Source: an uncultured delta proteobacterium
Lineage (GTDB): Bacteria > Myxococcota > B64-G9
Length of the DNA stretch: 64,000 nucleotides
Reading direction: 5' to 3'
NCBI GenBank assembly: GCA_963754925.1
Contig: CAVWHX010000003.1
Span: forward strand, 128,001 to 192,000
Position 1 is the stretch's first letter, and each line of letters begins with the position of its first letter. The notes beneath the pieces are model-generated. The model was not told the DNA's origin, made no database searches, and saw only the letters and a list, made by a program, of their open reading frames with translations. The translations under genes and the position numbers were made by a program. Positions 30,867 to 40,128 of this stretch are shown here, piece after piece.

Positions 30867-31590
30867 TCATCGTTGCTCATCCAACCAGGCGCGTTCATCG
30901 GCGCTGAGCGTGACACTGGAAAGCAGATCCGGCCGTTTATGCGCCGTTCGCAGCAAGGCCTGTCGACGTCGCCAGCGGGCGATGCTTGCATGATCGCCCG
31001 AACAAAGTACCTCGGGCACCGCCTGTCCGCGAAACTCCCGCGGCCGGGTGTACTGCGGGTACTCAAGCAATCCGGGCTCGCTGAAGGACTCCTCCACCAC
31101 TGATTCAGATCGGCCCAGAACGCCGGGCAGAAGCCGCGAGACCGCATCCATCACCACCCAGGCCGCCGGCTCGCCACCAGAGAGAACGTAATCACCGATG
31201 CTCACCTCTTCATCAACCACCGATCGCACCCGCTCGTCGATGCCTTCATACCTCCCGCACACCAAGGCCACATGCGGCGAGCTTGATAACCGGCGTACCA
31301 TGGTTTGATTCAGAACCTCACCTTGGGGCGTCAGTCAATACAACCCGCACCTGCGGATCGTGACGTCGGATGTGCTCGACCGCCTCGGCAATCGGCTCCA
31401 CTTTCAGAACCATCCCGGCCCCGCCCCCAAACGGAGTATCGTCAACCACGCGGTGCCTGCCCGTGGCAAAATCCCGAATGTTGACGACGTCAACCTGGAG
31501 CACGCCGGTCTCCCGCGCCCGGCCGAAGATGCTTGCGGTGACGAGCGGTGAAAAGACCTCAGGGAACAGCGTTAGGATAGTCCAGTGCAT
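30867..31590 (-). CDS. trmD: tRNA (guanine37-N1)-methyltransferase, frameshifted near 31335
   Basis: [21 protein letters not shown] in one frame, then [31 protein letters not shown] in the next. Confidence 0.95.
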
Positions 31591-31603
31591 GTGCTCTATC
31601 GGT

Positions 31604-32155
31604 TCATTTCCCGGGTATCCCGGGAAGCCCCTCGGGAGGATGTACAACGATCCGTCCGCTATCGAGTAAAACCGCCTCCACCACGCCGGCAATCACGGGA
31701 AGCACCCATTCCTGCTGGCCGCTCCGAATCAAGTATAGCTCATGCTCGCCATTGTCAAAGACATCTTTCAAAACGCCAAGAGAACGACCTTGCCCGTCGA
31801 CGACTTCGAAGCCTATGAGGTCGTGTATATAATAGGTGCCGGGAGCCAGTTCCGGCAGCTCCGATCGTTTGACGTACACCTGCTGATCCCGAAGCTTCTC
31901 TGCGGCCTCGCACGACGCCACTTCAATCAAACCGAGAACCGCCACGCGACCCCCCCTTCGGGCGCGGCGCACCCGAAAGCAGGTCGCCTGCGGTTCTGTT
32001 TTGCCGATGTGCACCTCCGGGCATTGCAACCATGCGTCCGATGAATCTTCTCCCACGAGAATATTCAGCTCACCGTGCACCCCGTGGGGACGGGTCACCG
32101 TGCCAATCCACACAAAATCGTCCGGTATTCCGCGAACGGTCGCCATGGCATTCAA
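31604..32155 (-). CDS. rimM: Ribosome maturation factor RimM
   Basis: IGTVTRPHGVHGE, YYIHDLIG; lies between khpA and trmD. Confidence 0.93.
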   Translation of the reverse strand: MNAMATVRGIPDDFVWIGTVTRPHGVHGELNILVGEDSSDAWLQCPEVHIGKTEPQATCFRVRRARRGGRVAVLGLIEVASCEAAEKLRDQQVYVKRSELPELAPGTYYIHDLIGFEVVDGQGRSLGVLKDVFDNGEHELYLIRSGQQEWVLPVIAGVVEAVLLDSGRIVVHPPEGLPGIPGK

Positions 32156-32388
32156 TCAAGGATGTCGAGCTTTGCCCGCTTCTCGTCCTTCGCTGACGCC
32201 ACGGCAAGCACGGTTCTGATAGCTTTGGCGGTCCGACCCTCTTTGCCAATCACCCGGCCGATGTCGGCGTTGGCGACTCGAACCCGAATGATTCTGTCCC
32301 GTTCCTCGATCACATCCTCCACAGCAACTGCCTCCGGTTGTTGCACCAACTGGCGCACCATGAAGGCAACCAGGTCTCGCGCTGACAT
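32152..32388 (-). CDS. khpA: KH-domain RNA-binding protein KhpA
   Basis: DIGRVIGKEGRTAKAIRT; lies between rpsP and rimM. Confidence 0.93.
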   Translation of the reverse strand: MSARDLVAFMVRQLVQQPEAVAVEDVIEERDRIIRVRVANADIGRVIGKEGRTAKAIRTVLAVASAKDEKRAKLDILD

Positions 32389-32391
32389 GGC

Positions 32392-32652
32392 CTAGGCCTT
32401 GGGTTCGGGAGTTGCGGCCGGCAGTTGAGCGAATAACCTCGCCAGGGTCGGGCTTATTATCGCACCAATGTTCTTCCAGTAGAGGTACCGTTCCCGGTCG
32501 ACCTCGAACACCGGAGGATTGAGCAGCGGATCGTAACGGCCGATCCTCTCGTTGAAGCCGCCCTTAGCTGCCTTGCGTCTATCGCTCACTACCACCCGGT
32601 AGTAGGCCCGGTTCTTCGCCCCTGCTCTTTGAAGCCTGATTGCTACTGCCAT
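32392..32652 (-). CDS. rpsP: 30S ribosomal protein S16
   Basis: MAVAIRLQRAGAKNRAYYRVVV...IGRYDP. Confidence 0.95.
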   Translation of the reverse strand: MAVAIRLQRAGAKNRAYYRVVVSDRRKAAKGGFNERIGRYDPLLNPPVFEVDRERYLYWKNIGAIISPTLARLFAQLPAATPEPKA

Positions 32653-32670
32653 AGAATATCTCCTCTTTTT

Positions 32671-34011
32671 CTATCCGCGGCCGCCCATCATGCCGCGCAT
32701 CAACGATTTTACTCCAAAGCGATTGACCTTTTTCATTATCTTCTTCATTTCGAGGTATTGCTTAACAAATTGATTTACCTCCTGCACCGAGGTCCCGCTG
32801 CCGCGAGCAATTCGCCGACGGCGGCTGCCGTCCAATATGGCATGGTTGATGCGCTCGGTGCGCGTCATCGAATTGATGATGGCCTCGATGCGCTTAAGTT
32901 CTTCCTCGGGCAGCATGGCCCCGGGCATGCGTTTCAGCATGCCGCTCATTCCCGGAATCTTCTCCATCAAATCAGAAATTGATCCCATTTTACGCAACTG
33001 CTGCAAATGATCGCGAAAATCCTCGATGGTAAAATCATTCTTGCGGAATTTGCGCTGGAGCTCCTCGGCCTTTTTCTGATCATACACCTCTTGGGCCTGC
33101 TCGATCAGGCCAAGCATATCCCCCATACCCAGAATGCGGGAAGCCATGCGTTCTGGATGGAAGACCTCGAGCGCATCAAGCTTCTCTCCCTGACCGACGA
33201 ACAGAATCGGTTTGCCGGTCACGGCCTTTATCGAAAGCGCCGCGCCGCCGCGGGCATCGCCATCCATTTTGGTCAACACCACCCCATCGATACCCAGGTC
33301 TTCGTTGAATTTCTCAGCTACGTTGACGGCGTCCTGCCCGGTCATGGCGTCAGCCACGAGGAGAATCTGCCGGGGACGGATCTCGCGTTTGATAATCCGC
33401 AGCTCTTCCATTAATTCGACATCGATATGCAGGCGGCCCGCCGTGTCGAGCAGCATCGTGTCATAACCATGCGTTTCGGCCTCGGCCAGGGCAGCGGAAC
33501 AAATCGCCACGGGACTTTGAGAGGTGGTCGAGGGATGCACCGGTATCTGCACGTCAGACGCAAGTTTGGTAAGCTGTTCAATGGCCGCCGGACGGTACAC
33601 ATCGGCAGGCACCAGATAAGGCCTTCGACCTTTGCTTTTCAAACGGAGAGCCAGCTTACCCACCGTGGTCGTCTTGCCCGAGCCCTGCAAGCCCACCACC
33701 ATGATGACTACCGGCGGTTTGGACGCCAAATCGAGATCAATTGCCATACCGCCCATGAGCTTGGTGAGCTCATCGTTGACGATTTTGATGAATTGCTGGC
33801 CCGGCGTCAGGCTCGCTAACACCTCTTGCCCGAGTGACCGGTCTTTTACCGCTTCGACAAAGTCCTTTACCACCTTATAATTGACGTCGGCTTCAAGCAG
33901 GCTCAAGCGCACATCCCGCAACGCGTCCTTGACATTCGAGTCCGAGAGTTTTCCATGCCCCTTCAGGCGCTTGAATGTTTGACCAAACTTTTCGCTCAAC
34001 GTCTCGAACAT
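32671..34011 (-). CDS. ffh: Signal recognition particle protein Ffh
   Basis: GLQGSGKTT, DTAGR, TKMDGDARGG and an M domain with SRRRRIARGSG. Confidence 0.98.
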   Translation of the reverse strand: MFETLSEKFGQTFKRLKGHGKLSDSNVKDALRDVRLSLLEADVNYKVVKDFVEAVKDRSLGQEVLASLTPGQQFIKIVNDELTKLMGGMAIDLDLASKPPVVIMVVGLQGSGKTTTVGKLALRLKSKGRRPYLVPADVYRPAAIEQLTKLASDVQIPVHPSTTSQSPVAICSAALAEAETHGYDTMLLDTAGRLHIDVELMEELRIIKREIRPRQILLVADAMTGQDAVNVAEKFNEDLGIDGVVLTKMDGDARGGAALSIKAVTGKPILFVGQGEKLDALEVFHPERMASRILGMGDMLGLIEQAQEVYDQKKAEELQRKFRKNDFTIEDFRDHLQQLRKMGSISDLMEKIPGMSGMLKRMPGAMLPEEELKRIEAIINSMTRTERINHAILDGSRRRRIARGSGTSVQEVNQFVKQYLEMKKIMKKVNRFGVKSLMRGMMGGRG

Positions 34012-34228
34012 ACTGAACTTTCTCCACGAGGCCGAACAACGTTCGGCCAAACCGCAGCTAAAAAGGCGCAATACCTTAATCTCGATCCTACGGGATTGTC
34101 AAGGGAAAACCCTAAAAGGAGCCGGGTTCGCGAAGGGATAAACTGACCAGCAACAGCAGACGCAGCTTAGGATACTTCATCGCTTAGAAAAGTATCGGTA
34201 TTTTCGCCGCCACCGAACGTTGTCTCTA

Positions 34229-35749
34229 TCAGGGTTTCGGCACTCCCGTGATGGCAAAGAGAGCCTTGAGGTCCTGATCGTTGAAACTGAACCCCGCCCC
34301 AAAGAAATAGTCGAACATTGCGAGTCCATTGAAAAGATCATCCGCCCCGGCAGTAATATAGATGTGGTTGGCCAGCCAACTGGGACGGTACACCACCCAG
34401 GCTTTTAGACGCGGTTTTGAAGGAACATTATATTCATTGGTTCCAAACTGGAACAGATCGAATCGAAACTCGAGATCATCATTGAAGAAATGCCAGTCCA
34501 TGCCCACGCCGCCGGTATTTTGGATAATGCCGACCCGCAAGGTAAGAAAGTAAAAGCTTTTGGCAAGTTCAACCGAATACTTAAAACTATTCTTGATGTT
34601 GATACTCGTAGTCTTATGGTCGCAAAGGTTCCCTGTGGTTGAATCGCACACCTGAGTCACATTGGCCGAACCACGCGGGTCATCAATTAGCTCAATCATA
34701 TAATACATATCGGATGAAGGCAGCAGTCTAAGACCGAGGTAGCTCTTGGCCGCGTTTTGCCTGACCATATATTCCGATCGCATATCGATATACAATTGCA
34801 ACCGCGCGAGCCGCGAGGTGATGCTGGAGGCATCGTCGAGAATTCCTTCGGCCTTGGTGGCTATTTTGTCGTCATTAACCAACCGGCCCAACGTACCTTG
34901 GCCCTCATTGATTTTACGGGTGATGCTTTCAAGCTGCTCCATCGAGCGGTTGGCCCTTTCCAGAATGCTTTTGATCTCTCCGGCGCTCTTCTTCGTTTCG
35001 CCTTCACCGCCGCCAACGATGTCGTTGAGATCGGCGAACAATTTCTTTACCTCGGCGGACGCGTCATGGATATTCTGAAGAATTTCTTTGTATTGCGCCC
35101 GCGTATCGCCGGTGATCGAGGCCACGTCGCCAATAATTTGTTCGATTTTGTCTTCGTTTCTTCCGAAGACATCGTTGGCGCGCGCGCTCAGTTGGGCAAC
35201 CGTATCGGCTATCTCGGTCAGCCGTCGCATCACATGCCCGACCGAGTCGTCGCGATTAATTTGCTCGACGGTTTTGGTAAGCTCCGAGGTCAGCTTACGT
35301 ATATCTTCGGTTATATTCGGCAAATCACGAAGCAGCTCGTTAAACCCTTTTTCAACATACGTATTTTTAATCTCGTCGCCATCCTTGAGAGGATGGGCTT
35401 GATCGCTGCCGGAGGTTACATCAATGAGCTTGTCGCCCAGTATCGACTCGCTGATTTTGGATACGGTTGCGTCCTCGTAGAGCGGCACGTTTTTTCGAAT
35501 GCGAAAATTCAAACGAGCCCGCCCGCCGGAAAGTTCGATACTCTCGATATAGCCGATCTCTATGCCGGCCATCACCACCCGCGAACGCTTGGCGATTCCT
35601 ATGGCGTCTTCCAAGATGGCATAGACGCGGTAGGCATTCCCGGCTCCCAGCGATCCCTCTTCGACCGTACGCAGGGCGTACACAGCGCCAATAATGGCTA
35701 ACACCGTGAGGACTCCAACTTTTATTGGCGTAAGTAATTTTTTCATCAA
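34229..35749 (-). CDS. mlaD: Long MCE/MlaD-family protein with a helical stalk and probable C-terminal beta-barrel
   Basis: N-terminal TM helix, MCE domain (VVMAGIEIG...ESILGDK), long helical region, GTLGRLVND and an aromatic beta-rich C-terminus. Confidence 0.85.
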   Translation of the reverse strand: MMKKLLTPIKVGVLTVLAIIGAVYALRTVEEGSLGAGNAYRVYAILEDAIGIAKRSRVVMAGIEIGYIESIELSGGRARLNFRIRKNVPLYEDATVSKISESILGDKLIDVTSGSDQAHPLKDGDEIKNTYVEKGFNELLRDLPNITEDIRKLTSELTKTVEQINRDDSVGHVMRRLTEIADTVAQLSARANDVFGRNEDKIEQIIGDVASITGDTRAQYKEILQNIHDASAEVKKLFADLNDIVGGGEGETKKSAGEIKSILERANRSMEQLESITRKINEGQGTLGRLVNDDKIATKAEGILDDASSITSRLARLQLYIDMRSEYMVRQNAAKSYLGLRLLPSSDMYYMIELIDDPRGSANVTQVCDSTTGNLCDHKTTSINIKNSFKYSVELAKSFYFLTLRVGIIQNTGGVGMDWHFFNDDLEFRFDLFQFGTNEYNVPSKPRLKAWVVYRPSWLANHIYITAGADDLFNGLAMFDYFFGAGFSFNDQDLKALFAITGVPKP

Positions 35750-35842
35750 GCCCTCGCAGGACGCGCGGTGAAGCTACCACTGAATTCCTCCGCGGGGCAA
35801 TCTTTTCCGACATGGTCTAGTATATCGAACCTGTTGTAGATG

Positions 35843-36589
35843 TTAGTTTCCTCGCTCAAACCACGTCGATAAAAATTTTTGCACATACGGGTGCTGGCTT
35901 TCGCGCAGTTCTTTGGGCGGGCCCTGATCGACAATCACGCCGTCGCTAATCATGGCGACGTGATCGCCGATGCGAAACGTCGAGGCGATGTCGTGGCTGA
36001 TGACCACCGAAGTGATACCCAATCGTGCGCGGGTATTCATAATCATCTCGTCGACGCTGTCGGAGGTGATTGGGTCCAAACCGGTGGTCGGTTCGTCGTA
36101 CAGCAGTATCTCCGGATCGCGGACAATCGCCCGAGCCAACCCTACCCGTTTACGCATGCCGCCTGAAAGCTCGGCCGGATAGAGGTGCTCTATGCCGACC
36201 AAATCGACCAACTTAAGTTTCGTGGCGACTAACTCGCGAATTTCGCGCTCACGCATATGTTTATGTTCGCGCAGCGGGAAGGAAACATTATCTCCGACGG
36301 TCATCGAGTCAAACAGCGCCGAACTTTGAAACACCATCCCAAATTTTGCCCGCACCCGCAGCAGCTCTTGCGCCGACAGACCGGTTATGTCTTCGCCTTC
36401 TATCAAAACCTGCCCACGGTCCGGCTGCAGAAGCCCAATCATGTGCTTCATCAAGACACTTTTACCGGAACCGCTGGCGCCGATTATGACGGTGATCTGA
36501 CCACGCTGCGCTGCCAGGTCGATTCCCTTGAGAACCGGATTGTCGCCAAACGATTTATAGAGTCCCCGTATCTCTATCATCGCATCCAT
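35843..36589 (-). CDS. mlaF: MlaF/Mkl-family ABC ATPase
   Basis: GASGSGKS, FQSSALFDSMTV, LSGGMRKRVGLARA, YDEPTTGLDP. Confidence 0.9.
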   Translation of the reverse strand: MDAMIEIRGLYKSFGDNPVLKGIDLAAQRGQITVIIGASGSGKSVLMKHMIGLLQPDRGQVLIEGEDITGLSAQELLRVRAKFGMVFQSSALFDSMTVGDNVSFPLREHKHMREREIRELVATKLKLVDLVGIEHLYPAELSGGMRKRVGLARAIVRDPEILLYDEPTTGLDPITSDSVDEMIMNTRARLGITSVVISHDIASTFRIGDHVAMISDGVIVDQGPPKELRESQHPYVQKFLSTWFERGN

Positions 36590-36800
36590 GAGCGTACCGG
36601 TGGTATTCCTTTCGTCGTGCGCATCCTTGAAATTTCCATGGCCGACTCTACCCATTCAAGCCACACCCTGTCAAATGCGGCCTTAGGTTCAAAGAACGCA
36701 TCCGGTGCGGTAGTTGACAAGCGTATCGGCAAGAGTTAACTCGAAATTTGCATTGTGATAGGATATATATGGAGTGTTTCGCGGCGGGAGAGGAGTTTTT

Positions 36801-38072
36801 ATGACGAGGATTGAACAAGCTCGGAAGGGAATCATCAGCGATGAGGTGCTCCACGCGGCCCGTAGTGAAGACCTGGCGCCTGAGCAGCTTTCGCGTTGGT
36901 TGGCCGGAGGTGAAGTGGTGATCGCACGCAACCGGCTGCGGGATATTCCGGCGCTCGCTATCGGCCGGAGCTGCTCGGTGAAAATCAACGCTAACATCGG
37001 CACTTCGCGGGACGCACTGTCGCCCCATGCTGAGATTGAGAAAGCTCAGGTGGCAATTTCGGCCGGGGCCCATACCCTTATGGATTTGTCGACGGGTGGA
37101 GATCTCGAGGCGATGCGTCGCGCGTTGATCAATGCTGTTTCCGTGCCCATTGGCACGGTGCCCGTCTACGAGGCGGCTGCCCGCGCCCTGGATCGAAGTC
37201 AGTCGTTTTGCGACATGACCGTTGAGGACCTATTTGAGGTGATCGAGCAGCATCTCGCCTCGGGGGTGGACTTCATTACCGTTCATTGCGGGGTCAATCG
37301 GGAATCTGTGGCGCGCCTGGCGGCCGAGGGCCGCCTGATGGATGTGGTTTCGCGTGGCGGCGCCCTGCTTATCTCCTGGATGCGGCGTCATGAACGCGAG
37401 AACCCCCTCTACGAGCACTTCGATCGATTGCTTGCGCTCGCTACCCGGTATGACGCAACACTGTCTCTCGGAGATGGTTTCCGCCCCGGCGCCACCGCAG
37501 ACGCGACGGATCGGGCGCAGCTCCAGGAGTTGATCTGCCTCGGTGAGCTGCAGGCCCGGGCGCTTGCGGCGGGGGTTCAGACCATGATCGAGGGACCGGG
37601 CCATGTTCCCCTGGATCAGATCCAGGCTAATATTCTGCTTGAAAAACGGTTATGCCACGGTGCGCCTTTTTATGTGCTGGGGCCGCTGACCACCGACACC
37701 GCTCCGGGCTACGATCACATAACCAGCGCCATCGGTGGCGCGGTGGCCGCCTGGGCGGGCGCGGACTTCTTATGCTACGTTACACCGGCCGAACACCTGC
37801 GCCTCCCTAATCTCGACGATGTGCGCACCGGCGTGATTGCGGCGCGTATCGCGGCCCAGGCCGGCGAATTGGCACGCGGCCAGGAAAAAGCGCGCAACCG
37901 CGAAATGGCCATGAGCCGAGCGCGAAAGTCGCTTGACTGGGAGGGAATGTTTAGCCACGCCCTTGATCCACAGCTCGCCCGGCGCATGCGCGCCGAAGTT
38001 CCGCCAACGGATGATTCGGTGTGCTCGATGTGTGGGGAGTTTTGCGCGATTAAGGTCCAGCGCGACAAATAG
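36801..38072 (+). CDS. thiC: Phosphomethylpyrimidine synthase ThiC family (a Bza paralog is not excluded)
   Basis: KINANIGTS, MDLSTGG, IGTVPVY, VSRGG, EGPGH, YVTPAEH and CSMCGEFC Fe-S motif. Confidence 0.85.
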   Translation: MTRIEQARKGIISDEVLHAARSEDLAPEQLSRWLAGGEVVIARNRLRDIPALAIGRSCSVKINANIGTSRDALSPHAEIEKAQVAISAGAHTLMDLSTGGDLEAMRRALINAVSVPIGTVPVYEAAARALDRSQSFCDMTVEDLFEVIEQHLASGVDFITVHCGVNRESVARLAAEGRLMDVVSRGGALLISWMRRHERENPLYEHFDRLLALATRYDATLSLGDGFRPGATADATDRAQLQELICLGELQARALAAGVQTMIEGPGHVPLDQIQANILLEKRLCHGAPFYVLGPLTTDTAPGYDHITSAIGGAVAAWAGADFLCYVTPAEHLRLPNLDDVRTGVIAARIAAQAGELARGQEKARNREMAMSRARKSLDWEGMFSHALDPQLARRMRAEVPPTDDSVCSMCGEFCAIKVQRDK

Positions 38073-38194
38073 ATTTTCAGACTGGTCGGTCAGGGACGAT
38101 TGAGGGACCCGAAAGCGGCCGTGACCGGCCTAGACCGGTAAAAAATACAGACATGCCGCGTGGTCCGTCATGACCTCCAACCAATTGTTTTGAC

Positions 38195-38223
38195 TTGACA
38201 CAATATACCTGCGCTGGTAAGTA
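38195..38223 (+). promoter_or_regulatory. Putative sigma70 promoter of the tRNA-mazG unit
   Basis: TTGACA-17 nt-TAAGTA about 30 nt upstream of tRNA-Thr. Confidence 0.5.
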
Positions 38224-38253
38224 CACGCTTCGTTTGGTTTAAGCTATTGCTTG

Positions 38254-38325
38254 GCCGACGTAGCTCAGTGGTAGAGCAGCTGATTCGTAATCAGCAGGTC
38301 ATCGGTTCAAATCCGATCGTCGGCT
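38254..38325 (+). tRNA. tRNA-Thr(CGT)
   Basis: GCCGACG/CGTCGGC acceptor stem, anticodon arm CTGAT-TCGTA-ATCAG, GTTCAAATC T-loop. No encoded CCA. Confidence 0.96.
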
Positions 38326-38353
38326 CTGACATCGCGTGTGTCATCTTAGAGTT

Positions 38354-38425
38354 GGCCCCATCGTCTAGCGGTCAGGACACCGGCCTCTCACGTCGGTAAC
38401 AGGGGTTCAATTCCCCTTGGGGTCA
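38354..38425 (+). tRNA. tRNA-Glu(CTC)
   Basis: GGCCCCA/TGGGGTC acceptor stem, CCGGC-CTCTCAC-GTCGG anticodon arm, GTTCAATTC T-loop. No encoded CCA. Confidence 0.95.
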
Positions 38426-38442
38426 TATTTTCTACCAGGAGT

Positions 38443-39267
38443 ATGCGCCGCGTGCCTCCCGAACGATGCACTTTTACCGAACTTGTTCAGATCGTTGCCC
38501 GGTTACGCAGCCAAGACGGTTGCCCCTGGGATCGTGAACAGACCATTGAGAGCCTGCGCGCCTTTCTCCTGGAGGAAACCTACGAGCTGCTCGATGCCAT
38601 CGATCGAAAAAACCCTGCCGACCATTGCGAGGAACTTGGCGACGTCCTGTTCCAGGTACTATTCCAGGCGCAGATTGCCGCGGAGAGCGGTCTGTTCACC
38701 CTGAGCGATGTCATCGACCGCATCGCCCGCAAACTTATTTCTCGTCATCCGCATGTCTTCGGCCCTACCACGGTTAAAAACTCTGCCGAGGTCGCAATCG
38801 CCTGGCAACAAATAAAAAAAGCAGAAAAAACCAAGAAAGGCATACCTGAGACCAAAAGCCTACTCGATGGCGTTCCGCGCTCGTTGCCAGCTCTGCTGGC
38901 TACTCACCGCCTCTCAGAGCGGGCTGGAACGATTGGTTTTGATTGGAAACAAGTTAGTCCTGTCCTTGAAAAGGTTCGTGAGGAATACCACGAGCTTCAA
39001 CAGGAACTAGCCGCCGACCCTGACGCCAACAATAAGGAAGCCATAGCCTGGGAGCTTGGCGATCTCCTGTTTACGTTAGCCAACCTCGCCCGCCATCTTG
39101 ACCTATGCGGCGAGGATGTCCTCCGACAAGCCAATCAAAGGTTCCGCGAGCGATTCCAAAAGGTTGAAGAGCTGGCAGGCATCCGTAAGATCGATATCGC
39201 ATCCGCCTCGGAAGATACCCTCGAAGCGCTTTGGCAAGATGCAAAGAAGCTCGTCCCACTACGTTAG
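38443..39267 (+). CDS. mazG: Nucleoside triphosphate pyrophosphohydrolase MazG
   Basis: GCPWDREQT, EETYE, EELGDVL, RHPHVF and a second ELGDLLF domain. Confidence 0.96.
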   Translation: MRRVPPERCTFTELVQIVARLRSQDGCPWDREQTIESLRAFLLEETYELLDAIDRKNPADHCEELGDVLFQVLFQAQIAAESGLFTLSDVIDRIARKLISRHPHVFGPTTVKNSAEVAIAWQQIKKAEKTKKGIPETKSLLDGVPRSLPALLATHRLSERAGTIGFDWKQVSPVLEKVREEYHELQQELAADPDANNKEAIAWELGDLLFTLANLARHLDLCGEDVLRQANQRFRERFQKVEELAGIRKIDIASASEDTLEALWQDAKKLVPLR

Positions 39268-39351
39268 GTAATGGCTAACCCATGGGCATTCTTTTACCCC
39301 AATACTTCAGACCACAACGAAAAGATGAGTGCATCTCTAGGGATAATATCC

Positions 39352-39545
39352 TTTTCCACAAATCCTGTTGAAATCCTGTGGATAAACTTGTGGAAAAACG
39401 ATCTAACGCATACCTCAGTCGCCACCGCTGTCACTTTGCACTAATTTTGTTCGCATGAAAATACTTTTATCTTCAGTTAATTATATAACTATAACCACAA
39501 TATCAAACCATGACACAAAAAAGTCACATAGAATGTTGATATGTG
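39352..39545. promoter_or_regulatory. DnaA-box cluster with adjacent AT-rich tract
   Basis: TTTTCCACA 39352, TGTGGATAA 39377, TGTGGAAAA 39389 and degenerate TGTTGAAAT 39366. AT-rich at about 39455-39545. Confidence 0.6.
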
Positions 39546-39872
39546 AGAAACCCGATCGGGAAAACGGCTTCGCAGGCTGTTTTGCGGCACCATCGGACCG
39601 GGTAAACATGATCGACGTACCTTTGCCAGCCATCCCTTTGACAAAGGCTTGCGGCTACATGCCGAGCGCGTCACCTGCTGCAATGGCACGCATGGGACAA
39701 GCGTGGGCGGGTCATTGAGTAGACTGGGCTATATCTGACGCGCATCCCAAAGACATGGTGTCGGCGCACCCGCCTGGGTCAACATCGATCGTGGCACGTG
39801 CTGCCATTCATTTCACACCGGAAAGACCGTGTCCGGTCGACTATGATGCAGGCGGCACAACAGCTTTGCAGT

Positions 39873-40006
39873 ATTGTCATTTCGAGCGTAAGAGCCCGTT
39901 AGCGAACGCAGTGAGCTTTACGGGCTCTTACCCCTTTAGGGGTAGCGAGAAATCTAAACAGCAATGAGATCACATGTAGATATCTCCCTTCGGTCGATAT
40001 GACAAT
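39873..40006. repeat. REPIN-like inverted REP doublet with a nested hairpin module
   Basis: TGTCATTTCGAGCG...AGCGAGAAATCT is interrupted at 39889-39943. Inverted partner AGATATCTCCCTTCGGTCGATATGACA at 39978-40004. Confidence 0.75.
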
Positions 40007-40128
40007 GTATTCTGTTGCGGATCAGTTTGGATTTTCTATTTGATTTTCTATTTGCTTGACAGAGTTACTGCAGTGGTGTTAAGAGAAGCACCTCATGTGG
40101 TTGAGGAGTTCCCTCAAGGAGGAAGCAC

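Noticed and set aside
34757..35701. 314-aa antisense ORF
   Set aside because: Shadow of mlaD.
38254..38425. tRNAs as an integration site for an island
   Set aside because: No integrase and no duplicated tRNA 3' end seen in the window.
39455..39967. Short ORFs of 87, 66 and 70 aa in the mazG-rpsT gap
   Set aside because: No recognisable motifs or convincing RBS, and they run through AT-rich or repeat DNA.
40030..40054. Tandem GATTTTCTATTT duplication upstream of rpsT
   Set aside because: Only two copies beside a TTGACA. Likely an UP-element-like tract or local slippage, with no further support.
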